DNA of 64,000 bases from a virus. Its lineage: Duplodnaviria > Caudoviricetes. The translations under genes and the position numbers were made by a program. The notes under the pieces are model-generated. The model searched no databases. It saw only the letters and a list, made by a program, of their open reading frames with translations, and was not told the DNA's origin. Positions within the stretch are counted from its first letter, which is position 1; the number at the start of each line of letters is the position of its first letter. Positions 37,432 to 46,383 of this stretch are shown here, in pieces. Location of the stretch: the IMG/VR virus record IMGVR_UViG_2974597119_000001, positions 1 to 64,000 of that record. One strand, 5' to 3'.

Positions 37432-39176
37432 GGCTCGATGCGGAAAACCGGCAGGCCGAACGCTTTCTGCAGCTCCTCGCCGCCGGCGGCGCCATCGTCC
37501 TGGCCGTCATCGTCGGCCGGCGGCTTGCCGAAGTTGGCGCCGGTGTCGTTCTCGCCACCCGGGCTCCCGAAATCCTCGCCGTCGTCGTCGTCATCGTCGC
37601 CGGGCGCGCCGGGCTGGCCCTGCCCCGGCTGGCCGAAATCCTGCTCCTGCGCCTGGTTCTCGGCCTGCCACACGCCGATCAGCGACGGGTTGATGGGCGC
37701 GGTGCCGATCTTCCCGCCCACGGGATCGAGGCCGTCGATGGCGCGCATCTCGTCCCAGGTCATCGCCAGCTTCTGGCGCTCGAACGCGCGCTGCTCGTCC
37801 TCCTCGTCCAGGCCGGTCCAGCGGAACACGTACTTGTCGGAGAACTCGGCGACGATGAAGTCTGAGAACAGGTTCTCGAAATAGGACAGCAGCGGACGCA
37901 GGCCCTTGTCCTTTGAATTCGCCAGCTTCTCCTCGGTGTCGTCGCCCGACAGGCTCGACGTGCCGGCTGTGAAGGACTCGAAATTGATCTCGTCCGGGGC
38001 GATGCCGTAGATCGCGCAGATGATGCTCGTGAGGAACGTCATCCACTTGGCGAACATGATCTCGTTCACCTCGACGCCGAAGTTCTCGAACGAGGCTTTC
38101 GATTCCTGGTCCTTGGAGATCATGACCGGCAGGGTCCAGGCATTGTTGATGCCCTTGACCATCGCGTTCCAGTAGCGCCGGAACGCCGCCAGATCCTTGT
38201 CGTCGTAGTTCCCCGTGAGGTGCAGCAGGCCCTTCGGGATCTGGTTCGAGTCGAAAAACTTGGTGTTGTAGGTGAAGGCGTTCAGGAACCCGGTGACCGT
38301 GCGCACCAGCAATTCCGTCTCGGCGAAGCCGTAGCCACCTACCGTGACATCGGTGCGCGGATTGCGCGGCACGTAGATCAGGTCGTCGTAGGTGTAGACG
38401 GAGCGGATGTTCCCCTCGACGACCTGGAGCGAGAAAATCTCGTCATCGCCGCGATAGCCATCCTCGGAACACAGGCGGATCGTGCCGCCGTCGACCGCGT
38501 ACAGCCCGTCCAGGCCCAGGGTCTTGTCGCGCTTCCATTCGGTTTCGATGGGCGCCGAATCCATCGTCAGGCTGTCGCGCACCAGCTTCGCCATGAAGCC
38601 TGAGAAGTTGTCGCGCTTGAGCCGCATGCGCTGGCGAGGCTTGGCCTCCCAGCCGCAGTTGAGGAAGAAATCCTGCAGCAGGAGGATGGACTGATTTTCC
38701 TCCTCGCCCGCCTTCGCCTTGTCATCCTTGAGCGCGATGCGGAAGCCCGGGCCCTTGCCGGCGCCCTGGACGCGGCAGAAGCGGTCGATCTGGCGCAGGC
38801 GCGTGAAAATCACCGCGCTCAGGATCGGCGTCTGGTCGACCATCGCGCGCATGTTCTGGAAGCTGAACGCGGTCGGCCGCTCGTACCAGTCGCCGACCAG
38901 GGCGAACTGCCGGTCATCCAGCCAGACCGACTGCATGCCCGGCTCCTTCTCACGCACGGCGCGGCTGGGGAACGGGATGATGTTCGGCTTGGCGAGCGCC
39001 TTCGCGAATTCCTGCTGCTCGTACTGATCGCGCATGAACTCGACCATCGGCAGCATGCGCTCGACGTTGACCGACGCCGGGTCGAGCGCCGCCTTTTGGA
39101 GCTCGGTTTGCGCATCGCGCCGCTCGTCGGCGGGCGCAGCGTCGTTGTAGGCGATTTTTGCGGCAGTGTCGGTCAT
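37428..39176 (-). CDS. Portal protein
   Basis: 582 aa; YAVDGGTIR, FFDSNQIPKGLL, CAIYGIAPDEI, SKDKGLRPLL and DEMRAIDGLDP motifs. Confidence 0.9.
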   Translation of the reverse strand: MTDTAAKIAYNDAAPADERRDAQTELQKAALDPASVNVERMLPMVEFMRDQYEQQEFAKALAKPNIIPFPSRAVREKEPGMQSVWLDDRQFALVGDWYERPTAFSFQNMRAMVDQTPILSAVIFTRLRQIDRFCRVQGAGKGPGFRIALKDDKAKAGEEENQSILLLQDFFLNCGWEAKPRQRMRLKRDNFSGFMAKLVRDSLTMDSAPIETEWKRDKTLGLDGLYAVDGGTIRLCSEDGYRGDDEIFSLQVVEGNIRSVYTYDDLIYVPRNPRTDVTVGGYGFAETELLVRTVTGFLNAFTYNTKFFDSNQIPKGLLHLTGNYDDKDLAAFRRYWNAMVKGINNAWTLPVMISKDQESKASFENFGVEVNEIMFAKWMTFLTSIICAIYGIAPDEINFESFTAGTSSLSGDDTEEKLANSKDKGLRPLLSYFENLFSDFIVAEFSDKYVFRWTGLDEEDEQRAFERQKLAMTWDEMRAIDGLDPVGGKIGTAPINPSLIGVWQAENQAQEQDFGQPGQGQPGAPGDDDDDDGEDFGSPGGENDTGANFGKPPADDDGQDDGAAGGEELQKAFGLPVFRIEP

Positions 39177-39198
39177 GCCGCCATTGTCGTGTCACGAC
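39177..39198 (-). promoter_or_regulatory. Late-type promoter, leaderless (GTCGTGAC-AC-GACAAT-6nt-ATG)
   Basis: Recurrent motif directly before the portal ATG. Confidence 0.8.
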
Positions 39199-39277
39199 AA
39201 CAGCCGCCACGCCCGCCGCACAGGGTGAATCAAATTTGATTTATCATTCGCACATCAATGGAAATTCTGGAGCAACC

Positions 39278-39454
39278 GTGAACACGCCCGCCGCGCCGCA
39301 ATCTATGGCGCCGATCATCCTGGCGCACCCCGCGCCGCTACTGCTTGCCATCGCCAGCCGTTGCCGCAAGGGCCTGACAACCGTCGACGACGCCGAAGCG
39401 CTCGAGGAGCTGGCGAGGCAGGCGGAGAAACAGATTCAAGATCAGGCTGCATGA
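39278..39454 (+). CDS. Small hypothetical protein
   Basis: GTG start with GGAG SD; first gene of the divergent plus-strand block. Confidence 0.45.
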   Translation: MNTPAAPQSMAPIILAHPAPLLLAIASRCRKGLTTVDDAEALEELARQAEKQIQDQAA

Positions 39455-39535
39455 CAAGGCAGAGCAAGGTTTAATGCGGGTATCCGCCCGCCGCCATTGC
39501 CGCCCGGGCGCGTATAGGGCGCAGAAAGGAAAGGT

Positions 39536-39757
39536 GTGAGCACCACGAAACCCACGATGCCGCCGCTCCCCGAGTGGGATGACGTGCGCGACAAGGTAGA
39601 CGCAGAAGGCATGGAAGCTCTGACCGCCATCGAGCGCCTTGTCTACGAAAACGAGCCGTATGTCGGCGCCGCTGAATGGCGCGACTTCACGCAGGCCGCC
39701 CTGCAGGAAGCGTTCGACCTGGGCGTGATCGCGGGCCGCAAGGAAGCGCCGCTATGA
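39536..39757 (+). CDS. Hypothetical protein
   Basis: 73 aa, AGG-rich SD, ATGA overlap with next gene. Confidence 0.65.
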   Translation: MSTTKPTMPPLPEWDDVRDKVDAEGMEALTAIERLVYENEPYVGAAEWRDFTQAALQEAFDLGVIAGRKEAPL

Positions 39758-40044
39758 GAACGCCAATCCTTTTCATCGGCGGACCGGCCGATGGCCGGCG
39801 GAAGGTCGTGGAACACATGCCGGAATTATGGCGCGTCGAGACCATGCCAGGACTTAGCGAGCACCTTTACCGACCGACGCGCAAATCTGATCAGCCAGTG
39901 AGGTTCGAGGCCGTGCGCCATACCTACCGCCTCGAGCACCTGTACGGCGGCAACGGCCAAACGTTCCCCGTCTACGTCCATACCGACAACACGCAGGACA
40001 CGATTGCCATGCTACTGGCCGGCTACCGGGAGGCGCGCGCATGA
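39754..40044 (+). CDS. Hypothetical protein (FIGGPADG motif family)
   Basis: Start MRTPILFIGGPADG; coupled on both sides. Confidence 0.65.
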   Translation: MRTPILFIGGPADGRRKVVEHMPELWRVETMPGLSEHLYRPTRKSDQPVRFEAVRHTYRLEHLYGGNGQTFPVYVHTDNTQDTIAMLLAGYREARA

Positions 40045-40463
40045 CCCCCGCCGAACAACGCGCCTGGGCCCGCCTGACCGCCGACATGGCCGGCGGCGCC
40101 CACCAGTACGACTACTGGGAGGACGTGCCGGCGGACGTGCGCCAGCGCTACCTCGCGGCGACCGCCGAGCCGGTCTACGTCTCCCGCCTAACCGGCGCCG
40201 AGCTCGAGCGCTGGGCCGCGCGCGCCGCCGGCCTGGAATCGCTCGATGGCGTCGACGTGCTCGAGCGTATCGTCGAGCACTACCGGATCAAGGTCTCGCC
40301 GCTGCGCGAGATCCGCCGCGACTTCGTGCCGGCGGGCTGGGCTGCTGCAGTGGCGCACGATCCCGTCATGCCCCTGATGTTCGGCGCCACCGCACGAGAG
40401 GCCACGCTGCGCGCGCTGGTCGGCTCGAAGTTTGGCTACACCGTTACCGAGGAGCAGGATTGA
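40041..40463 (+). CDS. NinX-like hypothetical protein
   Basis: VSRLTGAELERWAARAAG...ATLRALVGSKFG resembles the NinX/DUF2591 pattern. Confidence 0.55.
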   Translation: MTPAEQRAWARLTADMAGGAHQYDYWEDVPADVRQRYLAATAEPVYVSRLTGAELERWAARAAGLESLDGVDVLERIVEHYRIKVSPLREIRRDFVPAGWAAAVAHDPVMPLMFGATAREATLRALVGSKFGYTVTEEQD

Positions 40464-40873
40464 AGCGCGTCACCCCCAACAAGCTCGGACGCACCGCGCA
40501 GTCCGCCATCATGAGCCCGCTGACCGCTGGCCTTGTCGCGCTGCGCCTGGGCCGCGCCGACGCCGAGCACTACCACGACCTCGCCGGCGGCATGTCCATC
40601 GCCTACCGCGCCGCCGAGCTCGTGCCGCGCCACCGGCACCTGCTGGCCGAGCTGCAGCCGGCGCTGGACGCGCTGAACGCGATCTTCGCTCGGCACCAGC
40701 AGCGCACGGTCGAGGATGCACCGTGGAGCGGCACGGTCGAGGAAGTCGATCAGGTCGAGAACGGCATGCGTATTTATGAGGGTCTGATCAGGACGACGCC
40801 GGGCCCCGTGATGCTGCGCGCCATCGCGCGCGTGAGGCTCGATGCGGCCGAGGCCGCGAACGTACCAGACTGA
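40460..40873 (+). CDS. Hypothetical protein
   Basis: TTG start overlapping the upstream stop; GGAG SD. Confidence 0.55.
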   Translation: MKRVTPNKLGRTAQSAIMSPLTAGLVALRLGRADAEHYHDLAGGMSIAYRAAELVPRHRHLLAELQPALDALNAIFARHQQRTVEDAPWSGTVEEVDQVENGMRIYEGLIRTTPGPVMLRAIARVRLDAAEAANVPD

Positions 40874-40999
40874 TTGTCTGTTGCTCGAGCGCGACAACCC
40901 GCTGCGCAATCAGCGGGCTTTATCATTTTTGAGCGATAATGGACCCACATAGGGCGCAACGCTCTCAACCCACCGCGCTACGGCGCACAAGGAAAGGCT

Positions 41000-42193
41000 G
41001 TGAACCATGTCATCCACGAAGAAGGATCTCGCCCCGTAAAAATCTGGACCGATGAGGTCGAGGACAGCGCGCTCACCCAGCTCAAGAATCTGGCGCGCCT
41101 GCCGTTCATCCACGGCAACGGCGTCGCGGCCATGCCCGACGTTCACGCTGGCATCGGCGCCACGGTCGGCAGCGTCATCGCGACGGACAAAGCGATCATC
41201 CCGGCCGCCGTCGGCGTCGACATCGGTTGCGGCATGAACGCCGTGCGCCTGTCGCTCAAAGCGTCCGACCTGCCGGAAAGCCTGACCGCCATTCGCCACC
41301 AGATCGAGCGCGACGTGCCGCTGGGCGCCGGCGGCGCACACAAGCCCGACCGTATGCCGACCATGCCCGAGCATCTGTGGAACGGCCTGGGCCTGCTGAC
41401 CGCGAAGCACGAGGCCCTGGAAAAGAACAGCGCCGGCCGCCAGCTCGGCACGCTCGGCTCCGGCAATCACTTCATCGAGCTCTGCCTGGACGAGAACCAG
41501 GACGTGTGGATCATGCTGCACTCCGGCTCGCGCGGCATCGGCAACCTGATCGGCCGCTACTTCATCGAGAAGGCCAAGCGCCGGATGGAGCAGTATTTCA
41601 TCAGCCTGCCCGACGGCGATCTCGCCTACCTGCCCGAGGACACCGACGACTTCAACGATTACGTCGAGGCGGTGAACTGGGCCCAGGACTACGCGCTCGA
41701 GAACCGGCGCGTCATGATGGAGGCCGTCATCGCCGCGCTGCGCCGGCATGTGTCGTCGCACCTTTTCGACTTCACGATCACCCAGGAAGCGATCAACTGC
41801 CACCACAACTACGTCGAGAAGGAGAACCATTTCGGCCGGAACCTGTGGGTCACGCGCAAGGGCGCCATCCGCGCGCGCGCCGGAGACTTGGGCATCATTC
41901 CTGGCTCGATGGGCCAGCGCAGCTACATCGTGCGCGGCAAGGGCAATGTCGAATCCTACTGCTCATGCTCGCACGGTGCCGGCCGGAAGATGAGCCGCGC
42001 CGCCGCGCGCCGGATGTTCACGGTCGACGACCTGAAAGCACAGACCGCCGGCGTCGAGTGCCGCAAGGACGACGCCGTGCTGGACGAGATCCCGGCCAGC
42101 TACAAGGACATCGACGCCGTGATGGAAAACCAGCGCGATCTCGTCGAGGTCGTGCATGTCCTGAAACAAGTTCTGTGCGTCAAGGGCGCGTAA
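41000..42193 (+). CDS. rtcB: RtcB RNA 2',3'-cyclic phosphate ligase
   Basis: MPDVHAG, VGVDIGCG, GNHFIE, HSGSRG, HHNY, RKGA, PGSMG and SHGAGR motifs. Confidence 0.95.
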   Translation: MNHVIHEEGSRPVKIWTDEVEDSALTQLKNLARLPFIHGNGVAAMPDVHAGIGATVGSVIATDKAIIPAAVGVDIGCGMNAVRLSLKASDLPESLTAIRHQIERDVPLGAGGAHKPDRMPTMPEHLWNGLGLLTAKHEALEKNSAGRQLGTLGSGNHFIELCLDENQDVWIMLHSGSRGIGNLIGRYFIEKAKRRMEQYFISLPDGDLAYLPEDTDDFNDYVEAVNWAQDYALENRRVMMEAVIAALRRHVSSHLFDFTITQEAINCHHNYVEKENHFGRNLWVTRKGAIRARAGDLGIIPGSMGQRSYIVRGKGNVESYCSCSHGAGRKMSRAAARRMFTVDDLKAQTAGVECRKDDAVLDEIPASYKDIDAVMENQRDLVEVVHVLKQVLCVKGA

Positions 42194-42201
42194 GGGAAGA
42201 C

Positions 42202-42654
42202 ATGAAAACCGCCCTCGAACAACAGCAAGAGATTGCTCGCGACCGCGACGAGCGGGCCTGCCGGCACGCCTACGACAACCGCTACCATAAGATCCGCGCC
42301 GCAGTCGGCTACGACGAATTCCGCGCCATCTGGTTCAAGGCGCTCGAGAGTCACGAGGTCTACGAGGCCGAGCTGCAGCGCCTCGCCGAGCTGGGCCGGA
42401 ACCTGCCGCCGATGGATGATGAATCCGAGTTCGTGTTCATGAAGGTGCGCAAGGGCCTCGTGAAGCCGTCCATTCATTCCCTGGAGCACATCGTGAGTTT
42501 GATAGCTAACGGAACACCGTTCGTGGTTACGTCTGGCGTTGAGGGCGCCCGCCTACGGAAAATCGTCAGGCTGGTCGACGAAAAATTCGCCTCCGGCAAC
42601 GACATCCCGGTCGAGCGCATCACGCTCACGCGCGACGAAGTGGGGCTCGACTGA
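42202..42654 (+). CDS. Hypothetical protein
   Basis: ATG 42202 with SD; phage-like codon usage. Confidence 0.6.
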   Translation: MKTALEQQQEIARDRDERACRHAYDNRYHKIRAAVGYDEFRAIWFKALESHEVYEAELQRLAELGRNLPPMDDESEFVFMKVRKGLVKPSIHSLEHIVSLIANGTPFVVTSGVEGARLRKIVRLVDEKFASGNDIPVERITLTRDEVGLD

Positions 42655-42655
42655 C

Positions 42656-42892
42656 ATGGGCACCTGGGTCGGGATCCGCTGCGAGAAGCTGGGCCCGGGC
42701 TGCTTGTCGGCCGAGAACATTGGCCCGTCCGGCATGTTCGCCGACGGCTCCTACAACGTGGCCGCCGGCGTCCGGAAACTCTACGCCGACGCACATAAGC
42801 AGGGATGGCGCCGCGAGAGCGAAGTGCCGAGCGCCGGGCCGCGCGGCGGCTGGCTGTGCCCTGTGTGTTTGAAGAACAAGGAACAATCGTGA
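42656..42892 (+). CDS. Small Zn-finger-like protein
   Basis: IRCE..GC and WLCPVC. Confidence 0.55.
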   Translation: MGTWVGIRCEKLGPGCLSAENIGPSGMFADGSYNVAAGVRKLYADAHKQGWRRESEVPSAGPRGGWLCPVCLKNKEQS

Positions 42893-44367
42893 ATGACAAG
42901 AATTCTCAATTCGTGCTGTCGGATGACGAAATCGAACGGATTGGCACGCACCACGATGTGCAAGGGCCGCACTCCTTCGCCCGCGCCATCGAATCCGCCC
43001 TGCTGTCCAAGCTGCGCGCCCCTGTAGCCGATGAGCGGTGCAAGCGGTGCGGCGGCCCCGGCTGGTACACCAGCCACACCACCGGATACCCGGAGTCGAT
43101 TCCGTGCAGCGCCTGCAACCCTCAAGGCGTTTCGGCGGAGCGGCTGGAAAAGGACCCATTCTTGGCTGCGCAGCTTTGGCGCAAACCTGTGGACTTCGCG
43201 GACGCCTACGAGGGCGCCCGGGAGGATCTGGCCATCTGGAAACGGCGCGCCCTGGAAGCCGAGCGCGACTTACGCGCAGAGCGGGAAACGTCGTCGCACC
43301 TGGTTGCCGAGTTGAATGCCGAGAACGGCCCGATGCGCATGGGCGGCCCTGCCGCCCTGGCAAGCGCCCCTGTAGCCGATGAGCGGGCGGCGCTGCAAAG
43401 GATCGTGGAGACCGCAGAAGACGGTGCAAACTCCGGCGACCGTCACGCCCGCTGCGTTGAAATAGCGCGTGCCACTCTGGCAAGTGCCCCTGTAGCCGGG
43501 GAGGCGCAGCCGGCCGCCTACCTGACGCTGGACGAGGAAGGTTCGCCCAGTATGCTGTTCTTCGATGTGGTCGAGGCGCGCACCTATTGCGAACTCGGGG
43601 ACGAGCCGGAGCCGCTGTTTCGTCGCTCGGCTCTCGTAGCGGGTGATGCCAATCCCCAGGCCCCTGCGGGATGGCGTTGGACGCTGCACCCGGCAGGGCT
43701 GCATCCTGATGTGTACGCGGCAGCCGCGGCCCGGGACAGCGTCGAGGACGTGCGCAATGCGGCGCTGGAGGAAGCGGCGGGACACATCGAAAGCAAGAAG
43801 CCCGTCGGGACAATCGCCCTAGTCGTTCAGGCGTTCGCCGACGAAGTGCGCACCCTCAAGTACACCCCCGCGCCCACGGCGGCAGAGGGCAGCCAGGCCA
43901 GCGAGGCGGTGCGCGATGCTATCGAGACGTGCGCCAAGATTTGCGACGGCCGCAGTGCAAGCCTGATGCAGTCGCAGATGCTGACGGCCAGCAACGAAGC
44001 GCACAAGTGCGGTATGGCAATTCGATCTCGTGCCAAGGAATTGCTTTCGCTGTCCCTGTCCGCGCAACCGGGAGCTATTCGAAATCCTCTAATAGCTGAA
44101 CCATCCGGAGAGTTGGGGCGCGCCGCCACTGAGGATGTGGTGCTGCCGCCGGTTCCGAGCGCTTACAACGACACCGGCAGCTATATCGGGTACGCCAAGT
44201 CCGACCTGCAGGCTTACGCCCGCGCCGCCGTCCTGGCCGACCGCCAGCGGCGCTCCGGGGACGCCCCGCGCGAAGACGACATGCTGACCATCGCTTACCT
44301 CGCGGGAGCGCAAGCGGAGAAAGAACGCGCCGCCCTGGCCGCGCGAAAGGAGGGGGACGATGCGTAA
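42889..44367 (+). CDS. Mosaic hypothetical protein with repeated APVA(D/G)E linkers
   Basis: GTG 42889; CxxC pair; NAALEEAA motif; internal DNA repeats. Confidence 0.65.
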   Translation: MNDKNSQFVLSDDEIERIGTHHDVQGPHSFARAIESALLSKLRAPVADERCKRCGGPGWYTSHTTGYPESIPCSACNPQGVSAERLEKDPFLAAQLWRKPVDFADAYEGAREDLAIWKRRALEAERDLRAERETSSHLVAELNAENGPMRMGGPAALASAPVADERAALQRIVETAEDGANSGDRHARCVEIARATLASAPVAGEAQPAAYLTLDEEGSPSMLFFDVVEARTYCELGDEPEPLFRRSALVAGDANPQAPAGWRWTLHPAGLHPDVYAAAAARDSVEDVRNAALEEAAGHIESKKPVGTIALVVQAFADEVRTLKYTPAPTAAEGSQASEAVRDAIETCAKICDGRSASLMQSQMLTASNEAHKCGMAIRSRAKELLSLSLSAQPGAIRNPLIAEPSGELGRAATEDVVLPPVPSAYNDTGSYIGYAKSDLQAYARAAVLADRQRRSGDAPREDDMLTIAYLAGAQAEKERAALAARKEGDDA

Positions 44368-44710
44368 AGCATTCCTCTACATCGCCACGACCGCGCTGTT
44401 CGTGGTGTGGGAAGCCTGCAAGCGCGTGCACGGCTGGTGGCGTCGGCGGGGATGATCATGATCGCCTACCTGCTCGACAACCCGCCGCTGGTCATCGCCA
44501 TCGTCACGGGCCTGATCCTGGCCGTGGTGTGCGCCGTTGCAAACTGGCCTCGACGGAAACAGATCAGAAATCAGTTGTCCGCGCGCAACAGAGCCAGCAA
44601 TGACGCGGGTTCCGAGCGGTATACTGAAATCGTAGGGCGCTCATAGGGCGCAACAACGTGGATTCACATTCGTCGGCAGAGACTGTACTGTCGGCGCCGA
44701 GGGGAAAATC

Positions 44711-45076
44711 ATGAAGCGCATTCTCGTATCCATCCTGGCCGCCGCCATAATGGCGCCCGTCGCCGCGCACGCTGGCGACTTCATCGCCAAGCGGCTGCAG
44801 GACGACGGCTCGATCATCGGCCTGACATCGGTGCCGTGCGACGGCGAGCCCGGCCACAAGGCGCTGATCGCCAAGGGCAACTGGATGGGCGCCGGCTGCT
44901 ACCTCGTGATGCCCGACGGCTCCGTCAACGTGCGCTGGATCTGGAAGAAGGATCCGCTCGACGCGTACCAGCGCATCGAGCCCGCGCAGCTCCAGCCGGT
45001 CGGCGATTTCAAGGGCTGGCCCGCCGTCGACTGGTCCAAGCAAGCGCCGTTGTCGCCAAAAGGCAACAGAGGCTGA
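44711..45076 (+). CDS. Secreted hypothetical protein
   Basis: Signal peptide MKRILVSILAAAIMAPVAAHA; TATACT -10 at 44620-44625. Confidence 0.65.
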   Translation: MKRILVSILAAAIMAPVAAHAGDFIAKRLQDDGSIIGLTSVPCDGEPGHKALIAKGNWMGAGCYLVMPDGSVNVRWIWKKDPLDAYQRIEPAQLQPVGDFKGWPAVDWSKQAPLSPKGNRG

Positions 45077-45117
45077 TGCGCGCGACGCGCGAATCGAAAT
45101 TGATGTAGAATTCGTTC

Positions 45118-45193
45118 CGTGGTGTAGCGCAGTTGGGAGCGCGCCGGGCTCATAACCCGGAGGTCGCAGGTTCGAGTCCTGTCACCGCAACCA
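45118..45193 (+). tRNA. tRNA-fMet (CAT), initiator type
   Basis: C1:A72 mismatch, CCGGG-CTCATAA-CCCGG anticodon arm with 3 GC pairs, TTCGAGT T-loop, encoded CCA; TAGAAT -10 at 45106-45111. Confidence 0.92.
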
Positions 45194-45268
45194 GATTCAT
45201 CGCTCTTTCAAAACTTGTCGCGAGCACGTCGACGCCATCGAAGATGGCCGAGGCGGAAGCTCATGAAT

Positions 45269-45344
45269 TGCCAAGTATCTCAGTTGGTAGAGAGGCGCAC
45301 TGTTAATGCGCATGTCGCTGGTTCGATCCCAGCCTTGGCAGCCA
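45269..45344 (+). tRNA. tRNA-Asn (GTT)
   Basis: TGCCAAG/CTTGGCA acceptor stem, GCGCA-CTGTTAA-TGCGC arm, G73, CCA. Confidence 0.93.
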
Positions 45345-45500
45345 GAATGTCTACCACCGACGCTCAGCTTGCTGAGCAGCTAGATGCCAGCCTAGGGTGG
45401 GAATGGCTGGACCCAAACCGGACGGGTATTGCGGGCGTGTGGTAACGCTCAAGAGACGGGGACTACGCCCGACTGGCCGCCGTAAGCGGCCATCGATTTC

Positions 45501-45578
45501 CGGTCCCTAGCTCAGTCCGATTAGAGCGTTCGCTTTGGGAGCGAAGGGTCGCAGGTTTGAATCCTGCGGGACCGACCA
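45501..45578 (+). tRNA. tRNA-Pro (TGG), atypical D and T loops
   Basis: CGGTCCC/GGGACCG acceptor stem, TTCGC-TTTGGGA-GCGAA arm, CCA; T-loop TTTGAAT and D-loop lacks GG. Confidence 0.85.
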
Positions 45579-45579
45579 G

Positions 45580-46000
45580 AATTGCAGCAGTGCCGAGCCC
45601 GCTCGATGACGACTGAGTGCCCAACTGGCGGGAAACAAGTTCGTCCGATTGGCCCCCGTTAACAGGCCCGTGAGCTCCCTGGCAACAGGGACCACACGTA
45701 AGCAGGTTGGTCGGATAGCGGCGCAAGCCGTGATGCTTCCGAGGTGATGACCAGCCAGCCTGCTACCGTGTGGTGCTCAGCCCCAGTTGAACCTCTGAAA
45801 CATGAGACCGGCCCCGGAAGGTGTAGCTTCGGCACGACCGCCCAAGGACTGGCAGATAGCAGACACTGAGCACCGCTCGCATACACCTGTGAGAGAAGTC
45901 CCCGCCGACGCCAGAAGCTGGCCGAGGGGCAGGCGCAGATCGGAGTCGTAAGCCGCCAAATCGAGTAGCACGTAACCTGGGCCGCGTAAGTGCCCAGGAT
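45580..46000 (+). ncRNA. Candidate large structured ncRNA block A
   Basis: No credible ORF; long-range helices 45691-45710/45755-45774 and 45772-45780/45866-45874; several tetraloop hairpins. Confidence 0.5.
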
Positions 46001-46074
46001 CCTCAAGACGTGGTGCTGAACATCCTTGGTCGGGTTTCCGGGGTGGTTCCCGGACAGCACCACGCCTTGAGGAT

Positions 46075-46383
46075 GGTAGTGTGCGGGCCTCGGCCCGCGA
46101 GACGTGAAGTGAATGGCGTTCGGACGCGGGTTCAATTCCCGCCGGCTCCACCACTGGCAGCATTGGCGTCGAGCTCAGCATCCCCGGGGTCCGGATCACG
46201 GGTGAGTTCCAGTGCTGCCAGTCATGGGGCCGACCGGTTTCGACGGGCGCGCTGCAGCGGATCGGACTACTCGGCAAGCGGAGCCGTAAACCAAGCAAAA
46301 TCGTAGACGCCAACGACGACTACATCCGCGCCGCTGCTTAAGCGGTGACGGCCTCCCCCGGCAGGTGGCAACAGAAGCCGGGG
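46075..46383 (+). ncRNA. ssrA: Circularly permuted (two-piece) tmRNA; tag (A)ANDDYIRAAA
   Basis: Acceptor piece with T-arm GCGGG-TTCAATT-CCCGC and CGGCTCCACCA ends at 46153; coding piece starts GGGGCCGACCGGTTTCGAC at 46226; G3:U70 pair; tag ORF 46309-46341. Confidence 0.9.

Noticed and set aside
46119-46153. tmRNA 3' end as a prophage att-site remnant
   Set aside because: The matching 5' piece and an intact tag lie 72 nt downstream, phage genes continue on both sides, and no integrase is present
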